Below the pieces are notes generated by a model that made no database searches, was not told the DNA's origin, and was given only the letters and a program-made list of their open reading frames with translations. Positions 43,991 through 53,398 of a stretch of 64,000 nucleotides of DNA are shown one piece after another. Origin of the DNA: an uncultured Methanosarcinales archaeon (GTDB lineage: Archaea > Nanobdellota > Nanobdellia > Woesearchaeales > CAYPCY01); assembly GCA_964409385.1 (NCBI GenBank), contig CAYPCY010000002.1, positions 10,608 through 74,607 on the forward strand. Direction: 5' to 3'. Numbering within the stretch: the first letter of the stretch is position 1; every line of letters starts with the position of its first letter. The position numbers and the translations under genes were made by a program.

Positions 43991-44152
43991 ATGAAAGGAA
44001 CTGCTTCTCATGGTAAGAAATCTGGTAAGAAATCGCACATAATTTGTAGAAGATGCGGTTCTCATACTTATCATAAGAGTAGAAAAATTTGTAGTTCTTG
44101 TGGTTATGGTGCTAGTTCTAAGTTAAGAAGTTATAATTGGTCTAAGAAATAA
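43991..44152 (+). CDS. rpl37e: 50S ribosomal protein L37e (53 aa, absent from ORF track)
   Basis: MKGTASHGKK...HIICRRCG..TYH....CSSCGYG..KLRSYNW. Confidence 0.97.
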   Translation: MKGTASHGKKSGKKSHIICRRCGSHTYHKSRKICSSCGYGASSKLRSYNWSKK

Positions 44153-44215
44153 TTAATTGTTTTCTACTGGACATATTAACTTAAACTATATAAAATATCA
44201 GAATTTTAATAATTC

Positions 44216-44902
44216 ATGGATAAAAATAATCTATGTATTAATGAAGAATTAGTATATATAATAGGTGTTATTATGGGGGATGGACACATATCTAATTCAT
44301 CTAAATCAAAAACTGATCTGTCTAAAGATTATAGAATTTCTATTGAAAGTGTTGATTTTGGATTTTTGAAAGTGGTAGAGAAATTAATAAAAAAATATGT
44401 TGAAACTAAAAGTATTGTAAGATTGTTAAAAAAAAGAGAAGGGAAACAACAATCATATTATTTTCAAATAAGAAATAAGAGATTTTATTTGTGGCTTGTT
44501 GAATTTGTGAAAATTCCGCCAGGGGCTAAATCTAGAAAGTTGAGATTGCCAGAGTATATATTAAAAGGGACTTATGAACTGAAGACGTCTTTTCTAGCAG
44601 GATTATTCGATTCGGATGGGGGTTTTAGAGGCAAGACCATCGGATTTACTATGAGTTCTGAATTGTTCCAAGATGATATTTTCAATCTTTTAAGAGAATT
44701 AAATATTTCTTCTTCGAAAGATCAGTGGGTTAATAAAATTACATTAAAAACATATTTTGGTTTAAGAATTCACAAATCTGGGGCAATAAAATTTTTAAAG
44801 GAAGTAATTCTTCGAAATCCTGAGAAAATCGAAAGATTATTGGTGCGGGAATGCCGGAGTGGCCAAACGGGACAGATAAATTGTTTAAAGAAAACGATTT
44901 AG
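44216..44902 (+). CDS. Free-standing two-motif LAGLIDADG homing endonuclease
   Basis: YIIGVIMGDG and FLAGLFDSDG motifs, G.KS....LP; no intein splicing motifs. Confidence 0.88.
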   Translation: MDKNNLCINEELVYIIGVIMGDGHISNSSKSKTDLSKDYRISIESVDFGFLKVVEKLIKKYVETKSIVRLLKKREGKQQSYYFQIRNKRFYLWLVEFVKIPPGAKSRKLRLPEYILKGTYELKTSFLAGLFDSDGGFRGKTIGFTMSSELFQDDIFNLLRELNISSSKDQWVNKITLKTYFGLRIHKSGAIKFLKEVILRNPEKIERLLVRECRSGQTGQINCLKKTI

Positions 44903-45000
44903 TCCAAGCTTAGGTTTGGTCGTTTGGGGTGAATTCTTTAAACGATAAGAAGACACCTGTTGGCTTAGTGCCTACGCAGGTTCAAATCCTGCTTCTCGCA
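44845..45000 (+). tRNA. tRNA-Leu(TAG) with two introns (30/31: 44876-44907; 37/38: 44915-44954)
   Basis: GCGGGAA/TTCTCGC acceptor, long variable arm, GCAGG-TTCAAAT-CCTGC; spliced arm ACAGG-CTTAGGA-CCTGT; intron 1 has perfect BHB (GGAC/GTCC). Confidence 0.9.
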
Positions 45001-45322
45001 CTTCAATAGTTTATTCGAATAGTGTGTGTTCTTATACTGTTACTCTATATGTGTTGTGATATATTATTATAAATTGTTTATTGTCGCTGAATCCTCACTG
45101 TTTAATGCGAAAGATTTATAAATTAAAACAATAATATGCTGTAAAACACTCGAATTATTCGCAAACTACAGAACTTGTTTGTAAAGAGTTTTTCGAGGGT
45201 AAACTCGTAACAGTAATACAAAGTATGACAGTTAAAGCGTAAACTTTAAATAAGAATGCGGGTTTAAATGCGATGTCGACCCTTAAAAATTATGGTCAAC
45301 CAAACACGGAGGTGTTTAAATT

Positions 45323-47497
45323 ATGAAAATAAAAAAAGCAATTAAGAAAATAGTTGCATTAGGAGCTGGAGCTACTATGGTTGGGGCAACCTTACTAGGT
45401 GCTATGGCGACTGATTTAAGCAACTATCCTGCACCATTCGTTCAAGATGGTTCAATTAACAATGCTATGATTGTTGTTGGTGCTAACGCAGCTACTTCTG
45501 ACGTTATAGGTGCAATAGATATATCCGCTTCATTACAAGCAGCAGCTTACAGTGAAGAAGAAGTATCTACAGGAACTTCAGAAACTACTGTTACTGGTGG
45601 AGAAGTTGAAGACAAGTTAGTTTTCGGTCTAGCTCCTTGGAGTGGGAACAAATCCTACGACGATGGAGATATAGCTGTATTATCTGACAGTGATGTAAGA
45701 TACAACAGTGTAGATAGAGACTATAAAGAAACTATCTTTATTGAAAACGGCGCTTTGATCGCCCAATCTGGTGAAGATCACGAAGAATATGGAATTGCAC
45801 CATTTGTGGAAGTAGAAGATTCAAAAGCACTCTACTACAGATACACTTTTGATACTGCATTACCATTTAATTCAAGCGCTGATGCTGACTTAGACATTTC
45901 ATTCTTAGGAATGGACTTGCAAATCACTGGTTCTGCTGCAAGTAATAAAGTTACATTATCTGCTGCTGAAACAAAATGGTTCGCTCATGGTGAAGAAATA
46001 ACTGCAACTGTTAGTGGTGTTGATTATACTATTAAGTTAGTTGGTGTATACTCTACTACTGAAGCAATGGTTTCCGTTAATGGAGAGCAAAAATTAATGA
46101 CTGATGGAGATACAGACTCTTGGGGTTATGACAATTTTGAGCTTGAATTAACTGATGCTGTAAATGATGACAGTACTGCAAACGACATTGCCAAAATCAA
46201 ATATGGTACTAAAGCTTCAGAAACTGCTGAAAATAGTAAGACTGCAGAAGTCTTAGGTCAAGGAAATAAAGATGACGAAGCTGAATGGGTATGGGACATT
46301 AGTACTGATGCTGACGGTAACATCTCCTATGTTGGAGTTCAATACAGTCAGGACAGAAACAGAATAGCTTCGGAATTATCTGAAGATTACCAACTACCTG
46401 CTCTAGCCGAAGGAGACTGTATATCTTTCCCTAACAGTTTTGCAGAAGTTTGTTTCACACAAACTAGAAACAATGCTGAAGGAAGAGAAGAATTCACAGT
46501 AACCAACGATAAGGTTAATGAGTGGAAAGATGATAATGGTATGACTATCTTTGATGATGAGGACCAAGTACTTACTTTCAGTTCAAGTGCTGGAAAGGAC
46601 ATCTTTAAAGTAGGTAGTGACAAATACAGTAAAGTTATGGTAGGCAAGGACATGGGTGACATTGGTCTTACAGACTCTGCTGGAACCAAGACAAATACAT
46701 CATTCAGTAGAACAGCATTGTCTATTGAAGTTGATGATGAATCAAAAGCAGTTATTTTGAGTAACTCAACTGGTGGTTCAACAGGAACTTTAGCATATGT
46801 TGAATTTTCAGCTATAGGGAACACCACAGCATACACAGGTACTTGGAGTGCTGCTCTGAATTGGACTCTTAACTGGACTGAAGATGATGACAGTGTTGCT
46901 GGAGAACTAGCTTTAGGCGGTACTAATGTTGGAACTAGAGACTACAGTTTCATGACTGACTATGGAGTTCAGATTACTGACCCTAAAAGTACTCTACAAA
47001 ACGGTTATGGTTATGTGAAGTTATCCTATCCTGATGAAAAGATGACTTGGGACTTAACTGTTGGTGGTGCTGCAAGTACAGGTACTACTGGTGGAGCAAC
47101 GTCTCAATCCATTAACTGGGTTGGATTAGGACTTGGTGTTCTAGACTCTGATGCTAGCTCTGACGCTGGTAACTTAATTGTTGTCGGTGGTCCATGTGCT
47201 AACAGCGTAGCAGCTGAACTAATGGGAAGTACTTCAGACAATTGTGCTGACGGATTCTCAGAAGGACAAGCTAAGATTAAGCTATACAACACTGGAGATA
47301 ACATGGCTCTATTAGTTGCTGGATATTCAGCTACTGACACAAGAGCTGCTTCAAGAGCTGTAGCTAACTATGCTAGCGAAGACTTTAGCGGTGACGAATT
47401 AGCAGTAACTGTATTAAGTGCAACAGATTATTCACTTGGTGCTCCTGCTGCTGAGGAAGAAGAAGCTGAAGCTGACGCAACAGAAACTGGAGAGTAA
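45323..47497 (+). CDS. S-layer protein (Methanococcales-type N/C-terminal domains)
   Basis: IKKIVALG.GA.M.GA, IVVGA.A...DVIGA, NLIVVGGPCAN, LLVAG....DTRAA; GGAGGTG SD; acidic; distinct codon usage. Confidence 0.9.
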   Translation: MKIKKAIKKIVALGAGATMVGATLLGAMATDLSNYPAPFVQDGSINNAMIVVGANAATSDVIGAIDISASLQAAAYSEEEVSTGTSETTVTGGEVEDKLVFGLAPWSGNKSYDDGDIAVLSDSDVRYNSVDRDYKETIFIENGALIAQSGEDHEEYGIAPFVEVEDSKALYYRYTFDTALPFNSSADADLDISFLGMDLQITGSAASNKVTLSAAETKWFAHGEEITATVSGVDYTIKLVGVYSTTEAMVSVNGEQKLMTDGDTDSWGYDNFELELTDAVNDDSTANDIAKIKYGTKASETAENSKTAEVLGQGNKDDEAEWVWDISTDADGNISYVGVQYSQDRNRIASELSEDYQLPALAEGDCISFPNSFAEVCFTQTRNNAEGREEFTVTNDKVNEWKDDNGMTIFDDEDQVLTFSSSAGKDIFKVGSDKYSKVMVGKDMGDIGLTDSAGTKTNTSFSRTALSIEVDDESKAVILSNSTGGSTGTLAYVEFSAIGNTTAYTGTWSAALNWTLNWTEDDDSVAGELALGGTNVGTRDYSFMTDYGVQITDPKSTLQNGYGYVKLSYPDEKMTWDLTVGGAASTGTTGGATSQSINWVGLGLGVLDSDASSDAGNLIVVGGPCANSVAAELMGSTSDNCADGFSEGQAKIKLYNTGDNMALLVAGYSATDTRAASRAVANYASEDFSGDELAVTVLSATDYSLGAPAAEEEEAEADATETGE

Positions 47498-47518
47498 ATC
47501 TCCTAATTTTTTTTTTTT
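47489..47518 (+). terminator. Hairpin plus T12 terminator of S-layer gene
   Basis: GGAGA-gtaaa-TCTCC followed by a 12-T run. Confidence 0.7.
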
Positions 47519-47597
47519 ATTTCTTTTCAATTAATTCATTATTCTTCCGAATATTATTAATACCATTTTTTAAAAGTTCATTCTAACAAATTTATTT

Positions 47598-47906
47598 ATG
47601 AAAAGAAAACTTCTTGAGACTAGTATATTCAGGAAAAAATTCAAAAAATTGACTAAGGAAACTAAAAAAAGATTTGAATCACAATTCAGAATACTTCAAG
47701 ATTTGTCTGTAAGTCCTTATCAGATTGGAAAACCTTTAGGATTTAGAGAGTTTAGAGAATTGAAACAAAAAGGGGTTAGAGTATATTTTTATGTTTACAA
47801 ATCTAAGATTATTATTTTATTATTGGATGTTTCAAACAAGAAAACTCAAGAAGATATAATAATTAAACTTAAAGAATATTTGAGGAGTGTAAAATTTTTT
47901 AAATAG
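47598..47906 (+). CDS. RelE/ParE-like toxin
   Basis: T..F.K.FKKL, P...GKPL, FRELK...RVYF; basic, 102 aa. Confidence 0.7.
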   Translation: MKRKLLETSIFRKKFKKLTKETKKRFESQFRILQDLSVSPYQIGKPLGFREFRELKQKGVRVYFYVYKSKIIILLLDVSNKKTQEDIIIKLKEYLRSVKFFK

Positions 47907-47989
47907 ATAATGATTAATAAGGGATAGAATGAACAAAAAAAATGAAAGATTAATCAGAGTTATTGCAAAGGAATTAAGGAGTTTAGAAA

Positions 47990-48088
47990 ATGAAACAGGA
48001 AGAAAATAAATTTTTAAAGAGTTTGAGAGCTTCACTTAAGGATGTGAAGGAAGGTAGAGTTTACGAGCATGAGTTTGAGTCAGAATGA
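47990..48088 (+). CDS. 32-aa peptide resembling an antitoxin C-terminal helix (possibly remnant)
   Basis: MKQEENKFLKSLRASLKDVKEGRVYEHEFESE; AAGGAG SD upstream. Confidence 0.35.
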   Translation: MKQEENKFLKSLRASLKDVKEGRVYEHEFESE

Positions 48089-48156
48089 GTTTTCTATTAA
48101 TAAAAATTTAATTTATTTTCAAAAATTTTATATACAAAATAAATAAAGATTAATCT

Positions 48157-49890
48157 ATGAGGTGGATAATACTTTTTTTATTACTTAGTCCTTTCACATT
48201 AGCTGCTTATGAAAAATGGCATTTTCCTGGGGATGAGTTTGAATATAACAATTTTCATTATGGTTTAGGTTATAATAATGGTGATTTGTTAATAAGACAA
48301 GATTCTGAACTTTTCAATGTTCAACTTAATGATTGTGAAACTACTTTATATTCAGAAATTTGCTTCGTAGATGAAAACTTTAATCTTTCTCAAGGTTATG
48401 GCTTGGGTTTTGGAAGGTATAATCCTGAAACGGGACTTCCAGAGTATTCAATTAAGGTTAAAATAGATGCGAGAGCTCCTAATATTGTTTTTTCAAGATC
48501 AAGCTATAAGAATACTCCTGCTATTAATGAACCCGTTCAAATAAATACGGTAATAAAGAATACAGGTAATGTTAAGGCAGAGAATATTTTTTTTAGTGAA
48601 CTTTTCTTCAAAAACTTAAAAATTTCTAGTGTGAATGGTGCATTAAAGGATAATAAGCGTGTTTATTTAGATTTATCAATATTAAACAAGAATTATGAAC
48701 ATGCTTTTAATTATACACTAACTCCAAAATCCTTATTAGAAGATACTTCTACATCAGTATTAAAGTATGATTATGGTGGTGAAACATTCACTGTAGATAT
48801 AACTCCCATATCAATCACAGTACCAATTTTGTATTCTGTTTCTTTAGTCAAACCAGCATTAGCGACTATTGAAGAGGAAAAGACAATAATTATAACAATA
48901 AAAAATGATGATCCAATAGCTGAATTAAACATTTCCAAGCTAATACTTACAATTCCTGAGATTGAAGTAATTTATCCAGAAGAAATAACTAAACAAAATA
49001 ATTTATATAATTGGGATGGGATTTTAGAATCTAATACTGAAAAAAACTTTAACTTTACAATTTCATCAAGAAAAATTGGTTCTTATCCAATAAGTTTAAT
49101 TTATAATCTTGAAGTGAATGAATATTCCTATTCTGGAGAGGATTCTTTTAATTTTGAGGTTGATATTAGTAAGATAACTCCAACATTAACCTTATATAAA
49201 ACAAATATAGGGGCTGTTGAACCTTTCAACATCTCTTTAAGCCTTAAAAACAGCAATTCTGAGCTTGCTTTTAGTAATATAGTTGGAGTTGTGACCTCTG
49301 AGGCATTCAGGCCTTTAGAATTCAATTTTAACACTTTAGGACCATCGGAAGAAATTCAAGTCTTAAATAAACAAATACAACAAGCATATCCTGCTTCTGG
49401 AACTATTCCAGTAATACTTTCAGGCACATACAAAACATATACAGGCCAAATTTTAAGATTTTCAGAAGAAAAAACATTAACTGTTCAAGAATTAGACCTT
49501 CCTTTCAATGTAATTATAGAAACTCCTAAGACAGAATTTGAAAAAGGAGAAATAACTACAGTCAAAATTAAAGTAATTAAAGGATCAACCCTAACTTCGT
49601 TAACATTAACACATAATGAAGAAACTAAAGTTTTAGAAATGAATGAATCAGAAATAGTTGCTTGGAATTATAATTTAACAATTCAAGAAAATACTACTTT
49701 AACAACAGAAATGTCCTTCTATATTGATAATCAAGAATTTAAAGAAACTTTCACTAAAGAGTTAATCATTAAAGAAATAGTTAAAGAAACTGAAGAAACA
49801 GAAACAAAAAAGAAAGTTAAAGAAACAACTAGTTGGTTGAAAGGTATAATAAACTCTTTCGAGAATTTTATGAGCAGTATATTTAGTTAA
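48157..49890 (+). CDS. Secreted multi-Ig (CARDB/DUF11-like) surface protein
   Basis: Signal peptide, IKNTGNV.A.N and G.Y Ig motifs, amphipathic C-terminus. Confidence 0.7.
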   Translation: MRWIILFLLLSPFTLAAYEKWHFPGDEFEYNNFHYGLGYNNGDLLIRQDSELFNVQLNDCETTLYSEICFVDENFNLSQGYGLGFGRYNPETGLPEYSIKVKIDARAPNIVFSRSSYKNTPAINEPVQINTVIKNTGNVKAENIFFSELFFKNLKISSVNGALKDNKRVYLDLSILNKNYEHAFNYTLTPKSLLEDTSTSVLKYDYGGETFTVDITPISITVPILYSVSLVKPALATIEEEKTIIITIKNDDPIAELNISKLILTIPEIEVIYPEEITKQNNLYNWDGILESNTEKNFNFTISSRKIGSYPISLIYNLEVNEYSYSGEDSFNFEVDISKITPTLTLYKTNIGAVEPFNISLSLKNSNSELAFSNIVGVVTSEAFRPLEFNFNTLGPSEEIQVLNKQIQQAYPASGTIPVILSGTYKTYTGQILRFSEEKTLTVQELDLPFNVIIETPKTEFEKGEITTVKIKVIKGSTLTSLTLTHNEETKVLEMNESEIVAWNYNLTIQENTTLTTEMSFYIDNQEFKETFTKELIIKEIVKETEETETKKKVKETTSWLKGIINSFENFMSSIFS

Positions 49891-51061
49891 CTACTCCTTT
49901 GTAAATATTATGTTTTGTCCTTATTATTTTAACTTTGAACTTACCAGTTCTTCTAGTTAATACATTAATAATTCGATTTTTACTAATAGCATACACTTCT
50001 CCAGGCAATCTTCCTTCGCTAAATGTTTGAACTTCTAAAATTTCATTTTTTCTAATCGGCTTCTCAAGAGTTTCATCCTTTTCAATATTAAAATCTTCAG
50101 CATCAACTATTAATTTAATGTCGAACTTTTTTTCTAATTCCTTAAGATCTTCATAGAATTTTTCAAATGTTTTTTCAACAATAGGATTTCTTCCTTTAGG
50201 ATAATATAGAAAGTTTTGTATACAAATAGGAATTTTTAATTTTTTAGCATATTCAATCAATTTTGGTATTTGATCATCATTAAGTCCTGGAGCCCATACA
50301 GGAGCTAATTGTATTCCAATCCTTCCAACAGAATATTCAATCAACATCTTCATTTTTTTAACACTGTATCTACAACCTGCTATCTTCTCAGCAATTTCTT
50401 GATCTACAGCATTTAATGAAAAATTAATCCTGGTAAGTCCAGCCTTGGCCAATTCATCAATTAGTTTGTTAGTTAATAAAACACCGTTAGTTTGAACTGT
50501 GATTCTTTTAACAGTCTCCAAAGAATTCAAATCTCTTACTAATTCTAGAAATTCAGGATATAATAATGGTTCTGCTTGCGGATTAATATTTATTTCAATA
50601 TCTTTCTTCTTAACTAGTAAAACTTTCTTTAATTCTTGTATTAAATATTCTCTTTCAATAATAATATCCATTGTTTTCTTACTGCTTATTCCCTCATCAA
50701 CAGAGCAAAAGACACAGTTTATGTTACAAGAAGTTAACGGTTTAATCTCAATTAATGAAGTACCTCTATCAACAATTCCAAAATCGCCAGAGCCTATTAA
50801 AGGAATTCCAGAATTTTTATGAATATAAAGCGTTTTTTTCTTTGAAATCTTATTTTTTAAATTCTTAAAACCATCATTCAAAATTTGTTCGAAAATTACT
50901 GGTTTTATCTTATTTTCAAATATTAAAGAATCCTTTTCAATTTTAAAAGGACCTAATTTGAGCAATTTTTTCTTTTCAATTTCAAAATAATACTGTTTAA
51001 GAAAGTCAACATGTATTTTATCTCCATCCTTAAATTTCAGTGTCTCATATTCAAACTTCAT
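49883..51061 (-). CDS. Radical SAM protein with C-terminal TRAM-like domain (conserved archaeal family)
   Basis: FGIVDRGT..IEIKP, CNINCVFCSVD, EPLLYP, QTNG. Confidence 0.88.
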   Translation of the reverse strand: MKFEYETLKFKDGDKIHVDFLKQYYFEIEKKKLLKLGPFKIEKDSLIFENKIKPVIFEQILNDGFKNLKNKISKKKTLYIHKNSGIPLIGSGDFGIVDRGTSLIEIKPLTSCNINCVFCSVDEGISSKKTMDIIIEREYLIQELKKVLLVKKKDIEININPQAEPLLYPEFLELVRDLNSLETVKRITVQTNGVLLTNKLIDELAKAGLTRINFSLNAVDQEIAEKIAGCRYSVKKMKMLIEYSVGRIGIQLAPVWAPGLNDDQIPKLIEYAKKLKIPICIQNFLYYPKGRNPIVEKTFEKFYEDLKELEKKFDIKLIVDAEDFNIEKDETLEKPIRKNEILEVQTFSEGRLPGEVYAISKNRIINVLTRRTGKFKVKIIRTKHNIYKGVVN

Positions 51062-51200
51062 TTTTCTGTTTCATATTTCTTTTTCAGCATGATAATTTTT
51101 TAAACACACTAAATTTTAAAAGAGTAAAATAATATGATTTATTAATGTCTTTTATTAGTTTGTGATAAAGCTTATAAATTTCCTTGTTCTTCATTATATA

Positions 51201-51860
51201 ATGGGAGAAGTAAAGATAACTTTAACAACTCTTTTTGAACTTCTTAAAAGGGAAAAAGACAGGGAAGATCTACAAAAACTAGATGAGATCTTCTTTGATG
51301 ACGTTATTAAGTATGTATCGTCTAAAAAAGCATTATTAAATGAAGATTCTGACACTTTCTCTTCAGAAATAGAGAAGGTAAGATTACAAATACAAAATAT
51401 TCTGAAGATTGTTAAGGATCTTTATGACAGAAGAGAAAGAAAAATATTGAATATTGCAATGAATCAGTCTAGAACAGGAAGTGAAATTATGGACACTTCC
51501 TCGTTTTTAGAGAATGAAAAAGTATTTTTTGATGAAGTTTTAAACATTCTTTCAAAATATAGAGGAGAAATTCTACTTCCTATTTATTCTTCAAAGGCAA
51601 GTATAAAAGAACCTGTAGAAAAAACAGAAGAAATGAAAGAAAATTTAGAAGTTGAAGAAACAGAAAATAAAGAACAAGAAGAATCAATCGAAAAAGAAAA
51701 AATAAACTATGAAATTGAAGTTTCTTTCATAGATAACATTCCCAAATTTTTAGGAGAGGATATGACAGTATTAGGTCCTTTTGGAAAGGGAGATATAGCA
51801 TTATTACCAAAAACGGTTGCTGAATTATTAATAAGCACAGGAAAGGCAGAGAAGACATAG
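51201..51860 (+). CDS. DNA replication factor GINS (Gins15/51-type)
   Basis: E......LQKLD..F, R..KI...A, C-terminal F.G.D....GPF..GD...LP...A..L...G.A; synteny with rpl44e. Confidence 0.85.
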   Translation: MGEVKITLTTLFELLKREKDREDLQKLDEIFFDDVIKYVSSKKALLNEDSDTFSSEIEKVRLQIQNILKIVKDLYDRRERKILNIAMNQSRTGSEIMDTSSFLENEKVFFDEVLNILSKYRGEILLPIYSSKASIKEPVEKTEEMKENLEVEETENKEQEESIEKEKINYEIEVSFIDNIPKFLGEDMTVLGPFGKGDIALLPKTVAELLISTGKAEKT

Positions 51861-51950
51861 CAATCTTTATAAACACTTTTCTGTTTCGCAAAACTATGAA
51901 TGGTTACAAAGTCAAAGACTTTGAACTTCAGAATTTAACGAAGTGAAATT

Positions 51951-52268
51951 ATGAAATTGCCTAAGAATATTAAGAGACATTGTCCATATTGCAAAAAACA
52001 TTCTGAGCATAAAGTTACTGAGGCAAAGAAAAGATCTAAAGGTTCTTCTAATCCAATGAGTTTTGGTTCTAAGTCAAGAACTAAAAAAAGAGGAGAATGG
52101 AGAGGATTCGGTAATTTAGGCAAGTATTCCAAACCACCAATTTCAAAGTTTAAAATGACAGGAAAAAAAAACAGTAAAAAAACAGATTTCAGGTATGAAT
52201 GTTCCTCATGTCATAAAACACATACTCAAAAGAAAGGAATTAGAGCTAAAAAGGTAGAATTAATATGA
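51951..52268 (+). CDS. rpl44e: 50S ribosomal protein L44e
   Basis: PK....CPYCKKH..H.V, K..KK....Y.C..C.K. Confidence 0.96.
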   Translation: MKLPKNIKRHCPYCKKHSEHKVTEAKKRSKGSSNPMSFGSKSRTKKRGEWRGFGNLGKYSKPPISKFKMTGKKNSKKTDFRYECSSCHKTHTQKKGIRAKKVELI

Positions 52269-52435
52269 GTAATTCAAAATTTATTAAAGTAAGATGTAAT
52301 AAATGCAAGAATGAACAGATTATATTCGGAAAATCTGCTCATGAAGTGGTTTGTTTAGTTTGTAATACTATTCTTGCAGAATCCTCTGGAGGAAAGGCCA
52401 AGATTAAGGCTAGAGTTCTGGAGGTTCTTGAATAA
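52265..52435 (+). CDS. rps27e: 30S ribosomal protein S27e (56 aa, absent from ORF track)
   Basis: SKFIKVRCNKCKNEQIIF......VCLVC...LA..SGGKA. Confidence 0.96.
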   Translation: MSNSKFIKVRCNKCKNEQIIFGKSAHEVVCLVCNTILAESSGGKAKIKARVLEVLE

Positions 52436-53205
52436 TGTTGTTTAAGAAACAAGGATTTCCTGAAGATTCTGAAATTGTAATTTGTACAGTTACTAAAGTT
52501 CAGTTTCACAGTGTTTTCGTTAAAATAGATGAGTATGAAAAGTCAGGTATGATTCATATTTCTGAAGTTTCTGCGGGTAGAATAAGAAATTTGAATGATT
52601 ACGTTAAGGCTGGAAAGAAAATAGTTTGTAAAGTCTTAAGAATAAATAAAGAAAGAGGACATATTGATCTTTCATTAAGAAGAGTTTCTGAAGGACAAAG
52701 AAGAGAAAAGGTTGATGAGTTAAAACAAGAGCAAAAGGCTGAAAAAATTCTTGAGAATGCAGCTAGAAAGTTAAAAACAAAACAGGAAATTCTTTATAAA
52801 AAAGTAACTTCTAAAATTTTCAAAACATACCCTTTACTTCATTACGCATTTAATGCTATTGTTGAAGAAGGAATTTCTTTAGAAAAAGACTTAGATTTAG
52901 ACGCTAAAGAAGCAAAAGTAATAGAAAAAATTGTAAAAGAAAGAATAAAACCTAAAGAAATTATAATAGGTGAAAAAATAATTATTGAAAGTTTTGATTC
53001 TAAAGGTATTGAAATTATAAAAACTGCCTTGTTAAAATCTGTTGATATGGGTTGTGAAATTAAATATTTAGGTGCAGGAACTTACGATCTTGAAATTAAA
53101 GATGCAGAATATAAATTTGCAGAGAATAAACTGGCTAAAATTAATTCTTTTCTTGAAGAAACTTTCAAGAATGATTCTTTAAAGATTGAAAGGATTGAAA
53201 AATGA
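52435..53205 (+). CDS. eif2a: Translation initiation factor aIF-2 alpha
   Basis: S1 domain G.IHISEV..G.IRN, KVLR....GHIDLSLRRV. Confidence 0.96.
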   Translation: MLFKKQGFPEDSEIVICTVTKVQFHSVFVKIDEYEKSGMIHISEVSAGRIRNLNDYVKAGKKIVCKVLRINKERGHIDLSLRRVSEGQRREKVDELKQEQKAEKILENAARKLKTKQEILYKKVTSKIFKTYPLLHYAFNAIVEEGISLEKDLDLDAKEAKVIEKIVKERIKPKEIIIGEKIIIESFDSKGIEIIKTALLKSVDMGCEIKYLGAGTYDLEIKDAEYKFAENKLAKINSFLEETFKNDSLKIERIEK

Positions 53206-53360
53206 AGCATATCCTTAAATGTCCTAAATGTAATAATTATACCATGAAAGAAACTTGCAAAGTTTGCAAAGTAAAAAATGAAAATTCTAGACCTCCAAGA
53301 TACAGTCCGTTAGACAAATTTGCAAAATATAGACGGAAGGCTAAAAAGGAAATTATTTAA
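53202..53360 (+). CDS. nop10: H/ACA RNP protein Nop10 (52 aa, absent from ORF track)
   Basis: KCPKC..YTMKE.C..C.......PPRYSP.DKF..YR. Confidence 0.93.
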   Translation: MKHILKCPKCNNYTMKETCKVCKVKNENSRPPRYSPLDKFAKYRRKAKKEII

Positions 53361-53398
53361 ACTATTTTGTTCTTTTTCTAATGAAAAGAGGTGTTTGA

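Noticed and set aside
44216-44902. Intein
   Set aside because: No host protein and no N-terminal Cys or C-terminal His-Asn splicing blocks
44937-44948. TTTAAACGATAA in tRNA-Leu intron 2 matching the MNT-HEPN left flank (21314-21325)
   Set aside because: A 12-bp AT-rich match could be chance, and no mechanism supports it
44911-44950. Alternative TAA anticodon for tRNA-Leu
   Set aside because: BHB geometry places TAG in the mature loop and the TAAG inside intron 2
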